Shown piece by piece: positions 49,880-60,044 of a DNA stretch of 64,000 nucleotides. The stretch comes from Promethearchaeia archaeon (GTDB lineage Archaea > Asgardarchaeota > Lokiarchaeia > Sigyniarchaeales > SOKP01): the NCBI GenBank assembly GCA_029856155.1, contig JAHQWL010000070.1, positions 32,001 through 96,000 on the forward strand, given 5' to 3'. A program made the position numbers and the translations under genes. Position 1 is the first letter of the stretch. The number at the start of each line of letters is the position of its first letter. The notes under the pieces were generated by a model. The model saw only the letters and a list, made by a program, of their open reading frames with translations, made no database searches and was not told the DNA's origin.

Positions 49880-51121
49880 ATGGTGAAAAATTCAAATTCA
49901 GTCTTAGTTGTTGGATTTAATATACGATCATTAGCTTATTCCTTAAAGAAAGCGGGATATAACGTGTATGCTGTAGATTTCTTTGGTGATTTAGATCTTT
50001 ATCCATATGTAGAAGATTCTATTATCGTTGTAAAAGAATTAAGTGCTAATTATAACACAATGAAAGATACGTATGGTAAATTTCTAGTTGATTTTACGAT
50101 AAGTTTACACCGTAAACATCGAGATATAAAGTTTTTATTGATTGGGAGTGGCTTAGATGATGAATATAACGGAAGAAAATTGATATTTGATGAGATTAAG
50201 AATTTTAATACGATTAGTGTCAATAATAGATTAAAAACGATAGAGAAATCAAGAGATATTGAATATTTGTTTCATTATCTGAAATCTCAAGGTTATAAAG
50301 TGCCAAAGTATTACTCTTTTGAAAAATTTGAATTAAAAAGTAATACTTTGGACTATCCCTTTGTTTTTAAAAAAAAAAGAAGTGCTGGTGGTACGAACGT
50401 TTATAAAATTAAGGATAAAGCGAACTTAATTTCTCAAATAGAAATTTTGGAAAATAAGTTGTTTACATCATCAGAATGGTTAGTTCAAGAATACGTTGAA
50501 GGAATTCCTATTAGTTGCACAGTGATTTCAGATGGAAATGAGTGTGAAGTAATTACTATTAATCGTCAAATTATCGGAGAAAAGTTTCTTAATGCTCCTA
50601 AGGATTTTATGTATTGTGGCAATATCGTTCCTGCTGGATTATCAGCTGATGAAGAAAAAATCATATCCGAGATTTCATTAATTTTAACAAAAGAATTAGG
50701 TCTAAAAGGAATTAATGGATTTGATTTTGTTTTAAAAGATAAATATCCTTATTTAATGGAATGTAATCCAAGAATTCCTGGCTCAATTAGAGCTTCAGAA
50801 TCTATTCTGAATTTGAACCTCTTAGATCTACATATAAGATGCTTTATAAACAACAAATGGGATAATATTAAAAAATTGATTAAATCTGCGATACCTAAAA
50901 ATTTTGCAACAAAATTGGTATTTTTTGCTCCAAAAAATATAGAAAAGAGTATTTTAACAAAAATAAATAATCTTGAATTTGTACATGATAAAACCGAACT
51001 AACTAAAGATGTTTTAAGAGGTGAACCTTTATGTACGGTCTTATATGTAGCTAAAAACTACTCTAAATCTTTTAATGGAGCGAAAAAGATCATAAACAGA
51101 ATTAAGAGAATTATTGGATAA
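49880..51121 (+). CDS. ATP-grasp domain carboligase
   Basis: R.LA.S, AVDFFGDLD, GSG, QEYVEG, YCGN, GINGFDF, ECNPR. Confidence 0.85.
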   Translation: MVKNSNSVLVVGFNIRSLAYSLKKAGYNVYAVDFFGDLDLYPYVEDSIIVVKELSANYNTMKDTYGKFLVDFTISLHRKHRDIKFLLIGSGLDDEYNGRKLIFDEIKNFNTISVNNRLKTIEKSRDIEYLFHYLKSQGYKVPKYYSFEKFELKSNTLDYPFVFKKKRSAGGTNVYKIKDKANLISQIEILENKLFTSSEWLVQEYVEGIPISCTVISDGNECEVITINRQIIGEKFLNAPKDFMYCGNIVPAGLSADEEKIISEISLILTKELGLKGINGFDFVLKDKYPYLMECNPRIPGSIRASESILNLNLLDLHIRCFINNKWDNIKKLIKSAIPKNFATKLVFFAPKNIEKSILTKINNLEFVHDKTELTKDVLRGEPLCTVLYVAKNYSKSFNGAKKIINRIKRIIG

Positions 51122-51851
51122 TAGCCTTAATTTTAGCGATGTAAGATCCTAGTTTCCTTTCATCAGACTCCGGAACAGCAAGAGCTAAGACTCTGTTTTC
51201 ATCTAAATCATGTATTATGACGGAACCATTCTCTCCTCCAATAATACAGTACTCCATATGACTTTCTAATAATACGCCAGATAAATTATATAATGCAGCT
51301 ACCATAGCTGAAAGAATTGGTTCGGGCATTGTTGATTGTATCTTAATTGGTAATCCGTCTTTAGTAATAATTGCTAAAACGAGAGTATTTGGTATCGCTC
51401 TTTTCAAACCTTTAAATATTTCTTCTTTAAGAATATCTGATGTCTCTGCAATAGCGGTTATTTGTAGGCTTAATTTTTGTAGTCTATTTATAAATGAATC
51501 TAATCCTTCAAGTTCAGCTAATTCTCGATTTAAATAAGTAATCATAGTAATATTTTCTGTTAAAATTGAAAGGACAATTTTTTCCTTAGAAAAAATTAAA
51601 TTATAAGAAACGTCTTGATTTAATGAATCTCTTAACATTTTAGATGAAAGGAATACAAGTGAGCTATTTGCTGCTGTAATTTCACCCGTTGTCATTTTAA
51701 TTTCTTCTTTTTTGAATTTGCTTGCTATTTTTGTTCCCTCGGCGGTTCCAACATTGATACCCAGAATAGCTGGTGCTGAATCAAGCTCTTTTTCTATTAG
51801 TTCAGATACATCTGATTCTAATTCTTCGATTATTTTTTCTTGCTTTTCCAT
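51111..51851 (-). CDS. Tandem roadblock/LC7 (MglB/LAMTOR-like) domain protein
   Basis: Two repeats: INVGTAEGTKIAS..ITAANSSL and LAIITKDGLPI..LSAMVAAL..IGGENGSVII. Confidence 0.8.
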   Translation of the reverse strand: MEKQEKIIEELESDVSELIEKELDSAPAILGINVGTAEGTKIASKFKKEEIKMTTGEITAANSSLVFLSSKMLRDSLNQDVSYNLIFSKEKIVLSILTENITMITYLNRELAELEGLDSFINRLQKLSLQITAIAETSDILKEEIFKGLKRAIPNTLVLAIITKDGLPIKIQSTMPEPILSAMVAALYNLSGVLLESHMEYCIIGGENGSVIIHDLDENRVLALAVPESDERKLGSYIAKIKAIIQ

Positions 51852-52112
51852 GGAAGAATATTGTATATCTGAAAATAAAAAGATATTCTAATTATTTAAT
51901 AATAATAATAAAAAAATATGAATTAGTACCCCTAGAATGCTTAAAAAATGAAGATGAAATCAAGTATTTATATAATTAAATTAACAGATGATTATAGTAC
52001 AAGATAAAGACCACTTTCTTATCGAATTATAAAAGAATTAGTAATAATAACTTTTTAAATTTTAATCATTATAGTAAAAATTATAAATAAATAATATTGT
52101 GATCTTGTTATA

Positions 52113-52913
52113 ATGGATTACGAAATAAAAAAACAATTAGAGACTAAGGATAATCTTATAAAATTAAAAGATGAACAAGTAAAAACTCTTGAAAATTCTT
52201 TACAGTTAAAAGATGAGCAAATCAAAACTCTTGAGAAGACAATAAAAACTAAGGACGAAGAAACTAAAACTTTAGAAAAAACTGTCGCATTAAAAGAAGA
52301 AGAAATTAAAAAATTAAGTTCTTCTGCCATTGATCCAAATTTTTTAAAAGATAAAGATGATACAATTATTCAGCTTCAGAAAGAGATTGAAATATTAAAT
52401 GATGAATTAGCTAAAGCGGATGAAGATTTAGAAGGTTTAGAATTAGAAAATGAGAAACTAAAAAATGCTCAAACTAGTTCTAAAGAAGTAAAAATCATAG
52501 ATTTTACAAATACTCAGATTAAAAAATCTGAAATTCTAGAAAAAATGAAAACTTTGTTAGAAAATGCTATAGCGAATGTTACCATTGTTGTTCCTAGTAT
52601 TGAAGATTTGCAGGAACTCTGTTTATATGAACTTAGATCTTCTGTTAGTATGAAGATTGCTTGTTCAATTAATCCCGGAATTGAGGAGCATAATGAACTT
52701 CTGGAAGAATTTGAAAGTTTAGATAACATTTCCCTTAGAAATTACGAAAGAAAAGATAGATATGTCATAACTAGGGATGGAGAGGAATTACTTTTTGCTG
52801 CAATTGGTAACTCTGATGAGAATAATCTCGTATTCCATACAAGAGACCCAAAACATATCACTTTATTCAGTTCTTTAGCCACTGATGGCTGGATCCAGAG
52901 TAGAAAAGTATAG
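52113..52913 (+). CDS. Coiled-coil protein with C-terminal TrmB/PLD-like domain
   Basis: 14-aa periodic coiled coil; LENAIANVTIVVP...RDGEELLFA...W. Confidence 0.7.
   Translation: MDYEIKKQLETKDNLIKLKDEQVKTLENSLQLKDEQIKTLEKTIKTKDEETKTLEKTVALKEEEIKKLSSSAIDPNFLKDKDDTIIQLQKEIEILNDELAKADEDLEGLELENEKLKNAQTSSKEVKIIDFTNTQIKKSEILEKMKTLLENAIANVTIVVPSIEDLQELCLYELRSSVSMKIACSINPGIEEHNELLEEFESLDNISLRNYERKDRYVITRDGEELLFAAIGNSDENNLVFHTRDPKHITLFSSLATDGWIQSRKV
52167..52316 (+). repeat. Degenerate 42-bp (14-aa) coding tandem repeat, about 3.5 copies
   Basis: KDEQVKTLENSLQL / KDEQIKTLEKTIKT / KDEETKTLEKTVAL / KEEEIKKL. Confidence 0.75.
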
Positions 52914-52916
52914 AAT

Positions 52917-53633
52917 TTAGAAGATCGGGCACTTCTCTTTTACACATTTATCATTAATGTGTGAAAAACAACACCTTTGAAAGGTGTAACTTAAATCTAT
53001 ATTAAACTTTTCTTTTAAGAATTTTAAGGTTTCGATGATTGATAATCGAACGGACCTTTTACAACAATGTTCTAAATTATCGGCAATTTTATTTAATGAT
53101 CGAGATGTTATTTGATTTGCTAATGTCCTTGGAAAATCTGTAGATGGTGTTGCTCCTGTAAAAATACTAATTGCTACACCCGAACCCATTCCAGCACCAC
53201 ACGAACCGTAAAAACCACACCACCCTCCTGGAATTTTAGAGGCTCTTCGTATTGCTTCTTTAATATCAAATAAATTTATCTCGTTTCCATCAGGTTTTTT
53301 TATATTGTTGTTTTTAAGAGCTGTTAAAATAACTGCGGGGGTTAAGACATGATGCTCTGGACCATAAAATTTGAATTTAGGATGCTTCATAATTAAGTCC
53401 GCTAATTCAAATGGATTTTTAATCTTTGTTTCCTCACAAATTCTTTCAATAATTTCAATAGGGCCTTTGGAATGACAAGCATCGCAAATGTAATGCCCTT
53501 CTTCACAATAAATATTAGAATTAAATATATATCCACAAAATTCACATTCAAGTTTTCTATAGTCTTCCTGTTTTGTTCCATAAATTAAACTTTTATGGCA
53601 AATCTCACACTTATCACTTTTTTTTTCAGACAT
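52917..53633 (-). CDS. Cys-rich protein (DUF5714-like)
   Basis: CEIC, CEFCG, CEEGHYICDACH, GPEHH, PGGWCGFYGSCG, CCKR, CPIF. Confidence 0.75.
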   Translation of the reverse strand: MSEKKSDKCEICHKSLIYGTKQEDYRKLECEFCGYIFNSNIYCEEGHYICDACHSKGPIEIIERICEETKIKNPFELADLIMKHPKFKFYGPEHHVLTPAVILTALKNNNIKKPDGNEINLFDIKEAIRRASKIPGGWCGFYGSCGAGMGSGVAISIFTGATPSTDFPRTLANQITSRSLNKIADNLEHCCKRSVRLSIIETLKFLKEKFNIDLSYTFQRCCFSHINDKCVKEKCPIF

Positions 53634-53654
53634 TAATAATCGCAACCTTAATTT

Positions 53655-54518
53655 TTACGTTATTTCTATAAATGCTCTTTTTCTTTTGTAAAAATGAGCT
53701 AACTTAGTATAACCTATCTTGCTTACCAATTTTATTATTTTATTAAATTTATAACCTAAATCATTAGGATGATGAGCATCTGACCCTAAGAGAATTGGAA
53801 TATCTAATTCATACATTTTTTCAATAATTTCAAAACTAGGGTATTGTTCTTTTATTTCTTTTCTTAATCCCCCTGTATTAATTTCAATTGTTAAATCTCT
53901 CCTTTTAATAAGCTCAAGAGTTTTAATTACTTCATTCATAACCAATTCTTTGTCTATTGCTCTTTTTTTATATTTTTTTGGTAAATCAAAATGACTTACA
54001 ACGTCAAAGTCAAATTCTTCTGAGTTGATCATATCCTGTAATTTATGATAATATTCCAGGTAGATATTATCAATACTTTCGTATTCTTTATACATACTTA
54101 AAAATCTTCTATCATCAACAGCAAATAATTTTGATTTTCCATGTAATATATGAACAGAACCTAAGATATAATCTAAATTATTCAATCTATTCTTAATCTG
54201 TAAATTTAAAAAACTCTCTTGACTTTTAAAATAATCGACCTCAAATGCTACTCTTAATTGAATTTTATTTTTATATATCTCCTTTAATTTTTGTATAGAG
54301 GAGAGGTATAAATCAACTTCATTTAAGCTCATAGCATATTCTTGATATGGAACTTCTTCTATTAAGATAGAACTGCTCTTAAGATATTCATATGGGAAAT
54401 GATCACTAATTCCAATAAGATCTAACTTCTTATCGATTGCTTTTTTAATATAATCCTCAATCGAGCCAACTGCGTGATGGCACATTTGATTGTGAGTATG
54501 ATAATCTTCTAAAACCAT
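53655..54518 (-). CDS. hisK: Histidinol-phosphatase, PHP (HisJ/HisK) family
   Basis: DYHTH, SDH, DYILGSVH, SHFDL.K, EINTGG, GSDAH. Confidence 0.85.
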   Translation of the reverse strand: MVLEDYHTHNQMCHHAVGSIEDYIKKAIDKKLDLIGISDHFPYEYLKSSSILIEEVPYQEYAMSLNEVDLYLSSIQKLKEIYKNKIQLRVAFEVDYFKSQESFLNLQIKNRLNNLDYILGSVHILHGKSKLFAVDDRRFLSMYKEYESIDNIYLEYYHKLQDMINSEEFDFDVVSHFDLPKKYKKRAIDKELVMNEVIKTLELIKRRDLTIEINTGGLRKEIKEQYPSFEIIEKMYELDIPILLGSDAHHPNDLGYKFNKIIKLVSKIGYTKLAHFYKRKRAFIEIT

Positions 54519-54584
54519 CTTGTATTTATTAAATAATATAAATTAGATAAAATTAATCATAACTAAATATAAGCTGATTAGTTT

Positions 54585-55394
54585 TTGGAATTTAAAAACA
54601 AAATATTTGACGGTGAATATGAAGTATCTGAAGTTCAAATTAATAATGAAGGGCAAATCTTTCGAGGATTATTATATTTTCCCGCAGAAAGATTTAAAAA
54701 ACCTTATCCATTAGTGATATATTTCCATGGATTTCCAGAGTTATTCACATTAACAGAGATTGTAAGAAAGTATAAATATATTTTAGATTTGGGTTATTCC
54801 CTTCTTATTTTTAATTTTCGAGGATATCGAATTAGTGAGGGCTCCATTTCAATTGGTTCTCAAATCTCTGATAGTTTAAAAATGCTTGAATTCGTAGAAA
54901 TAATGGCAAAAAACAAAATTTTCAATGTTAATAATATTAATATATTAGGTTATGATTTTGGAGCATATATAGCTTTAATGCTATGTTCTAGAATTAACAC
55001 TATAAATAAATTGATAATTGTCAGTCCGATTCTAGATTTAAAAAAACATGTTAATAGCATAGACTTTCCGAGAGCATTGAGTTATATTAATAGATTTCTT
55101 CCAGGTTATATCAGAGGAATTGAAAATATTGAAAAATTTATTGAAACTACAAAAGAAGAGTTAAATAATGATCAATTTCAGATAGAGAAATTTATAAATC
55201 AGTTGAAGATAAAAAAGTTAAAAATAGTTATCGGAGAAATTGATAATCTCACACCAATTTCAGAAGTTAAAAAGGTCTTTCAAAAAACAAATGTTAGATA
55301 TGAACTTTCAATCATTGACAACATGGATCATGAATGTGGGGATGAGGCGGAATTAGAAAACTTGAATAAAGAGATATTGAAATATTATATATAA
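54585..55394 (+). CDS. Alpha/beta hydrolase fold protein
   Basis: YFHGFP, FNFRGY..SEG, nucleophile elbow GYDFG, GEID, DH. Confidence 0.8.
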   Translation: MEFKNKIFDGEYEVSEVQINNEGQIFRGLLYFPAERFKKPYPLVIYFHGFPELFTLTEIVRKYKYILDLGYSLLIFNFRGYRISEGSISIGSQISDSLKMLEFVEIMAKNKIFNVNNINILGYDFGAYIALMLCSRINTINKLIIVSPILDLKKHVNSIDFPRALSYINRFLPGYIRGIENIEKFIETTKEELNNDQFQIEKFINQLKIKKLKIVIGEIDNLTPISEVKKVFQKTNVRYELSIIDNMDHECGDEAELENLNKEILKYYI

Positions 55395-55406
55395 ACACAT
55401 ATTCTT

Positions 55407-55913
55407 TTGAGGGAATTAAATTTGACGAAATATCATATGAGAAAAGTTGAAAAAGAAATCAAAAATAAGAAAAACTTAATAGAAATATTAAGGGGTGGAA
55501 AGTTTACAACCATTTCAATGTGCAAGGAAAATGAACCCTATATAATAACATTAAGTTATGGTTATGACGAATCTAAACATGCTCTATATTTTCATTGCGC
55601 AAAAGAAGGGCAAAAAATTGATTTTATACAAGCTAATCCTTATGTGTGTGGTACTATTATAGAAGATAATGGTTATAAAGATGGATGTGGACAGACATTC
55701 CGATCTATTATATTTAGGGGTAAGATAGTGATTATTGAAGAATTAGAGGAAAAAAAATATGGATTCGACATTCTCATAAATCAGTTAGAAACCGATCCCA
55801 TTGCCATTAAAAATAAATTCCTCAAACAAGATATAACTTATGAAAATTGTGGTATTTTAAGATTAGACTTAACCGATATTTCTGGTAAAGAAGAAAAAAT
55901 AGATTCTGAATAA
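55407..55913 (+). CDS. Pyridoxamine 5'-phosphate oxidase-like (NimA-type) flavin-binding protein
   Basis: PYIITLSYGY, LYFHCAKEGQKID, NPYVC, RSIIFRG. Confidence 0.85.
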   Translation: MRELNLTKYHMRKVEKEIKNKKNLIEILRGGKFTTISMCKENEPYIITLSYGYDESKHALYFHCAKEGQKIDFIQANPYVCGTIIEDNGYKDGCGQTFRSIIFRGKIVIIEELEEKKYGFDILINQLETDPIAIKNKFLKQDITYENCGILRLDLTDISGKEEKIDSE

Positions 55914-55926
55914 TATAATTTGAACT

Positions 55927-56712
55927 TTAAAATTTTATTGATTTAAAAACAGTTTGCCAGCAATATTGTCTAAAAAAATTGATTTTGTATAAAGGAAATT
56001 CAATAAATTGAAGAAATTTATATAGAACACTGTAAATTCTTGGTTTTTTGAAAAAAATTTTAAAAAGCATGGTTGATGGAGAAATAATATAATATTCAGC
56101 ATGCTTGATATTACCAAATATCTTTTTTGCATTCATAACCTCTGATAATAATAAAGGATGTTCATGTTTTGTCCTTTTTTTTGGATTTAGATGTTTTCTA
56201 TTCATTTCTACTATAGGATTTTTCTTTAGTGGTTCTATAAAGGTAATGAACCCTTTTTTTTTAAGTAATCGTTTACATTCTCGGAAGAATAGTTCGATAT
56301 CTGGTAAGTGATGAAGAATTCTTGAACCTACTATAATATCAAATGTGTTATCTTCAAAATCTGGAATTTGAGCGTTCATAACTCTAAAATCTACATTGAG
56401 ATTTAAAAGATTCATTTGATTTTTACAGAATTTTATAAAATTTTTTGATAAGTCGATTCCTATTACACTTGCTCCCTTTCGAGCTAAATAAAAGGAAAGA
56501 TTCCCTCGACCACATCCAATATCTAATACTTTCTTTCCTTCAATATTTCCTAGCATGTTTTTTAATTTTATATTAACCTGCTTAAAGAAGTTCTCATCCT
56601 CTAAATCAAATTTTTTTCCCGGACGTAAGATCTTTTTATTATAATACTTTTCTTCATTTCTGAATATGTGGTTAAACTTTGATAGTGTTTTCTTTTTTTC
56701 TTGATCATCCAT
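55927..56712 (-). CDS. Class I SAM-dependent methyltransferase
   Basis: VLDIGCGRG, GIDLS, FDII, LHH, FIEP. Confidence 0.9.
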   Translation of the reverse strand: MDDQEKKKTLSKFNHIFRNEEKYYNKKILRPGKKFDLEDENFFKQVNIKLKNMLGNIEGKKVLDIGCGRGNLSFYLARKGASVIGIDLSKNFIKFCKNQMNLLNLNVDFRVMNAQIPDFEDNTFDIIVGSRILHHLPDIELFFRECKRLLKKKGFITFIEPLKKNPIVEMNRKHLNPKKRTKHEHPLLLSEVMNAKKIFGNIKHAEYYIISPSTMLFKIFFKKPRIYSVLYKFLQFIEFPLYKINFFRQYCWQTVFKSIKF

Positions 56713-56815
56713 GAATATCGAATCTTACAGTATCTTAATAGTAATATTTAATTCTTTAAAATAAATATATTGAAATGTTATTGAATGCGATCACTAAAAA
56801 CGTCGATAAAAATAT

Positions 56816-58177
56816 ATGATTAAAAAGTATCAAGAAATATATGATATAGATATTGAGGAAGCAGAATTTTTTTTAGAATTAGAAAAGACGCAAACTGAAG
56901 CTAAAAGGATTGAAGGTTCGAAAATAGGGTACTTTAAAAAGTTTCAAGCCAATAATATGGATGTATTCAATAATGATGACTATTATGGTTATGTAAAAGA
57001 AGAATCACATATTATTGCATTAGATTTGAGTCGATGGGAAATAAAAGAACTTCCAGAATCTATTGGAAAACTGTCAAAACTGCAATATTTAAGTTTAGCA
57101 AATCTTGAATTGGAAAGTTTACCTGAATCCATTAAATATCTCTCTCACCTTAAATATTTTAATTTAGGGGGAAATAAGATTAGTACTCTACCAAATTGGT
57201 TGATAGATTTTATTGAAAGTAAATTCTCACAAAATTATATAAATAAGGGAGTAAATTCTACAGAAGTAAAAGTACTAGGTATATTAGAAGTTCTCAAAGG
57301 AAATAGATTGGAGAAAGTAAGCATAGATAGTGATGTAATTCACTGGGAGTATGCTTTAAATTATAAGATTAACAAAGAAGGACATATTATAGGGATTTAT
57401 ATAAATGATGAGAAAAGCGGAGTTGCAATCTTCCCAGAAATAATATGTACTCTTAGATATCTCCAAGAATTAGTTTTATCACAATCGTCAATCGAATTCT
57501 TGCCAAATTGTATTGGTGAACTTCATAATCTCAGATATTTGGATCTATCATTTAACAGAATTAACTGTATCCCAGAGTCAATAAATGAATTAGTAAATTT
57601 AGAGTATTTGGATCTAAATGATAATAATCTCTCTGAAGAAGTGTTATCATTTCTAAACTGGAACAAAAATGGGCAAAATTCTCTTGATAAAGGTGATTAT
57701 AATAGTGTAATTCAAGAATGCAACAATACATTAAAAATATATCCTAAGAATAAAAGTGCTTGGTTCAACCTAGGAATCGCTTATAAAGAGGAAGGGGAAT
57801 ATTCTAAAGCTGAAAATGCACTTAAACAATTTTTAGAAATCGATCCGCAGGCTTCAGTTGTATGGAGTAATCTAAGTGATATTTATTATCAAAAGGGAGA
57901 TTATACTAACGCTATTGTTGCAATAAAGCGAGCATTAAAAACTGAACCGAATGTTGCATTTTTATGGAGTAACCTTGGTTTTAATTTTAAGAAATTGGGA
58001 AAATATGATAAAGCTATTGGTGCCTATTTACACTCACTCGGTATAAATCCAAAAAATAAAAATGTATGGAAAGATCTAGCTTCAATATATCGCTACAAAG
58101 GTGACTACATGAAAGCAATTGAAGCTGATGAACATGCTTTAGAAATTGAATTAAACTCAAACGATGAGGACGAATAA
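56816..58177 (+). CDS. Leucine-rich-repeat + TPR protein
   Basis: LPESIGKLSKLQYLSL-type LRRs in two blocks; AWFNLG, VWSNL, LWSNLG TPRs. Confidence 0.88.
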   Translation: MIKKYQEIYDIDIEEAEFFLELEKTQTEAKRIEGSKIGYFKKFQANNMDVFNNDDYYGYVKEESHIIALDLSRWEIKELPESIGKLSKLQYLSLANLELESLPESIKYLSHLKYFNLGGNKISTLPNWLIDFIESKFSQNYINKGVNSTEVKVLGILEVLKGNRLEKVSIDSDVIHWEYALNYKINKEGHIIGIYINDEKSGVAIFPEIICTLRYLQELVLSQSSIEFLPNCIGELHNLRYLDLSFNRINCIPESINELVNLEYLDLNDNNLSEEVLSFLNWNKNGQNSLDKGDYNSVIQECNNTLKIYPKNKSAWFNLGIAYKEEGEYSKAENALKQFLEIDPQASVVWSNLSDIYYQKGDYTNAIVAIKRALKTEPNVAFLWSNLGFNFKKLGKYDKAIGAYLHSLGINPKNKNVWKDLASIYRYKGDYMKAIEADEHALEIELNSNDEDE

Positions 58178-58184
58178 AGAAAAA

Positions 58185-58835
58185 CTAATCTAAGTATTGA
58201 CTAATGTATCGTTGAACTTCGCTCGCAGGTTGAAAAATCCCAAAATGCCCCTCACATAGGATATCAGCGTTAAGATCTAAGAGTTTTTTTAACGAATTTT
58301 GATAATCATCATAATTACTTACTCCAGGAATAATAGGTCCATGCAAATCTTGCCCAAATAGAATTTTCTTATTATCCTCAGTTTCAGTCAATATTGAAAT
58401 AGAGCCGGGAGTATGGCCCGGAGTATGAATGCATTGAAAATCATAGATTCCAAAACTTAAAATTTCAGAATTTCCTTTCAATCTTTTTGTGAGTTTAACA
58501 GGTTGATATCTTACACCATACCACATAGCTGCTGTTTCTCTATCATGGCCTTTCTCTTCTATTGCGTTTGCATCAAATTCATGAGCGTAATAATTCACAT
58601 TTTTATTAAATTGTTTCAAATCATAACAAGCACCGATATGGTCTATATGGAAATGGGTTATAATGCAATGTCTTATGTCCAATGGATTCAAATTAACTTT
58701 ATTGATCTTCTTTATCATTTCAAGACTCATTCCACAATCTATTAAAACAAGACCTTCCTCACTATGAGTATTTACTAAATATACTGAACAACCAGAATCT
58801 CCGATATGATAAAAATCCTTAGTTATTTCTTTCAA
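58185..58835 (-). CDS. MBL-fold metallo-hydrolase (glyoxalase II-like)
   Basis: LIDCG, THFHIDHIG, TPGHTPG, GQD, EGH. Confidence 0.9.
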   Translation of the reverse strand: MKEITKDFYHIGDSGCSVYLVNTHSEEGLVLIDCGMSLEMIKKINKVNLNPLDIRHCIITHFHIDHIGACYDLKQFNKNVNYYAHEFDANAIEEKGHDRETAAMWYGVRYQPVKLTKRLKGNSEILSFGIYDFQCIHTPGHTPGSISILTETEDNKKILFGQDLHGPIIPGVSNYDDYQNSLKKLLDLNADILCEGHFGIFQPASEVQRYISQYLD

Positions 58836-58962
58836 ATTTTATTCTCCTTATTACTATTAATCAATCATTATGATTAATTATTTAAAAAATAATAGTTTTG
58901 TATAAATCCAGATTTAAATGATATTATTTTTAAAAAACCTTTTAATTAAATTTCATTTAAGA

Positions 58963-59760
58963 TTAGGATCTTTTGATATAAAGTTTTTTGTAGAGCAGAA
59001 TTGTAATAACTGCTGCCAACATTGTTGAAAATAAAACGTCTGAAGTATAATGAGCTCCAATGACAATGCGAGATAAACCAACAAATAGTCCCCATCCAAA
59101 AATTAAGATATAGAATAAAATCTTAACAATATCCGTATTCTTTCGATCTTTTACTACAATTAATAAAGGTAAAAACATCCATCCCATTGCGGTATGACCG
59201 CTAGGAAAACTCTGGTTTCCAGTTATCCCTTGCGGCAAAAACCAAGGAGTATAATCTATAAAACCAGGAGCAAGGTCTCTAAATCGAACTCTTCCCCATA
59301 AAAGCTTGCTTATTTGTACAAATACTAGTGGATTGATAATTGCTAACAGCAAAATTATTCCTGCTAAAGTTCTGTAGTTCTTCCAATCTTTATTCCATGT
59401 GATAATTACATAAAATATCAATGGAATAATTAAACCCCATCCTGTATAAAAGTCTGTCTCATCATTAGCAAATATAATGAAAAGGATTCCAACAATTACG
59501 GATATATAAGCAGGGATTTTTTGCAAATTTAAATTCTTATTAAAACTCCCTAAGTAAGTTGCTAGCGCTATTGCTATTAATGCATATCCAGGAACTTCTC
59601 CATAATCTCTTCCAAAGATACCCCACGCTGAATTTTCATCTACAACTGCTTTTGATATCTCTAAATCAGTAAAACCAAAAACTAAAGCAAGTATCACCCA
59701 TACTATTATAAGAATGAGTAATAATTTTGATGTAAATGATTTTTTCAACTTTTCAAGCAT
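58963..59760 (-). CDS. PAP2-family membrane phosphatase
   Basis: K.LWGRVR, SFPSGHT, SRIVIGAHYTSDV. Confidence 0.9.
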   Translation of the reverse strand: MLEKLKKSFTSKLLLILIIVWVILALVFGFTDLEISKAVVDENSAWGIFGRDYGEVPGYALIAIALATYLGSFNKNLNLQKIPAYISVIVGILFIIFANDETDFYTGWGLIIPLIFYVIITWNKDWKNYRTLAGIILLLAIINPLVFVQISKLLWGRVRFRDLAPGFIDYTPWFLPQGITGNQSFPSGHTAMGWMFLPLLIVVKDRKNTDIVKILFYILIFGWGLFVGLSRIVIGAHYTSDVLFSTMLAAVITILLYKKLYIKRS

Positions 59761-60044
59761 TCTTATACCCTTGTAGAGTTAATCGAATCAAAATTAATAA
59801 ATAGAGAACTTTTTACTAATAATCCTAATTAACTCTTTTTTTATTTAAAATATTCCATTTTAAAAGTAAAGGGTACGTCTAGATAATCTGTGTAAATTGC
59901 TTTTACTCGTAGATTATGATAGTTTAAATCTATAACTCTCTTCCCACCCATTTTTGCATTGACTCCCCAAATATAACATTTGAATCATTTGTCTTATTCC
60001 CTTTTAATTAAAATGTAAAAGAGAGTTACTATACATAGCAAATT

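Noticed and set aside
59841-59951. 36-aa minus-strand ORF MGGKRVIDLNYHNLRVKAIYTDYLDVPFTFKMEYFK
   Set aside because: Too short to distinguish from chance; no motif
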